Source of the DNA: Mycobacteriales bacterium
GTDB taxonomy: Bacteria; Actinomycetota; Actinomycetes; DATLTS01
Assembly (NCBI GenBank): GCA_035533475.1
Contig: DATLTS010000021.1
Location: 1-40,761 of the forward strand
Direction of reading: 5' to 3'
DNA length: 40,761 nucleotides
The notes beneath the pieces were generated by a model. The model worked only from the letters and a program-made list of their open reading frames with translations. It was not told the DNA's origin and searched no databases. The stretch's first letter is position 1. Each line of letters opens with the position of its first letter. Position numbers and translations under genes: made by a program. Shown here piece after piece: positions 40,622 through 40,761 of this stretch.

Positions 40622-40761
40622 AGACGTCTTCACCGAAGTCGCCTGTTCATGTTCACCGAAGGGTGTGACATTTTCGGGCGGGGCGCTGGCGTGGGGCTGG
40701 ACGGGCTGTGTTTTGGCCTGGGAGTGGCCGGGCGGGATGTTTGGGCCGCGCGCGACCGGCC

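Noticed and set aside
40629-40661. Short direct repeat ttcaccgaag (two copies) immediately after tRNA-Val(GAC)
   Set aside because: Only 10 bp and 13 bp apart, so likely chance or a promoter element. There is too little downstream sequence in the window to test for an integrated element.

Overview
The window is high-GC (about 70%) actinobacterial chromosome with dense coding and high GC3 in the real frames. Roughly 2.8-22.3 kb is a conserved housekeeping backbone, almost all on the minus strand: rel, apt, secF-secD, yajC, ruvB-ruvA-ruvC, yebC, pdxT-pdxS, then a phosphatidylinositol-mannoside module on the plus strand (pgsA, an acyltransferase, pimA) fused to an EF-G paralog, then a HIT protein and thrS. 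Two accessory stretches flank it. The 5' end (1-2.5 kb) carries a truncated transposase 3' end, a hicB-hicA toxin-antitoxin pair and an nfeD-flotillin operon. From 22.3 kb onward the accessory content is: a PLP dehydratase plus an AurF-like diiron oxygenase operon; an ECF sigma / zinc-finger anti-sigma pair divergent from a translationally coupled membrane-membrane-cupredoxin operon, followed by an internally duplicated His/Met-rich lipoprotein; three unknown minus-strand genes; a DinB-family gene, map, a small XRE regulator, and a vapBC module bounded by about 40-bp direct repeats that abut tRNA-Val(CAC); an SsgB-like sporulation/division protein; a hutH / class-IV aminotransferase / hutU operon; and a tRNA-Gly-Cys-Val cluster at the 3' edge. 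An SsgB homolog together with PIM genes points to a sporulating actinomycete rather than a Mycobacterium, though without a search this stays an inference. No CRISPR array, rRNA or intact IS element was seen. The most plausible undescribed system is the ECF-sigma-linked cupredoxin/membrane/duplicated-lipoprotein locus at 25.1-30.0 kb; the PLP-plus-diiron operon and the repeat-bounded vapBC islet are secondary candidates.
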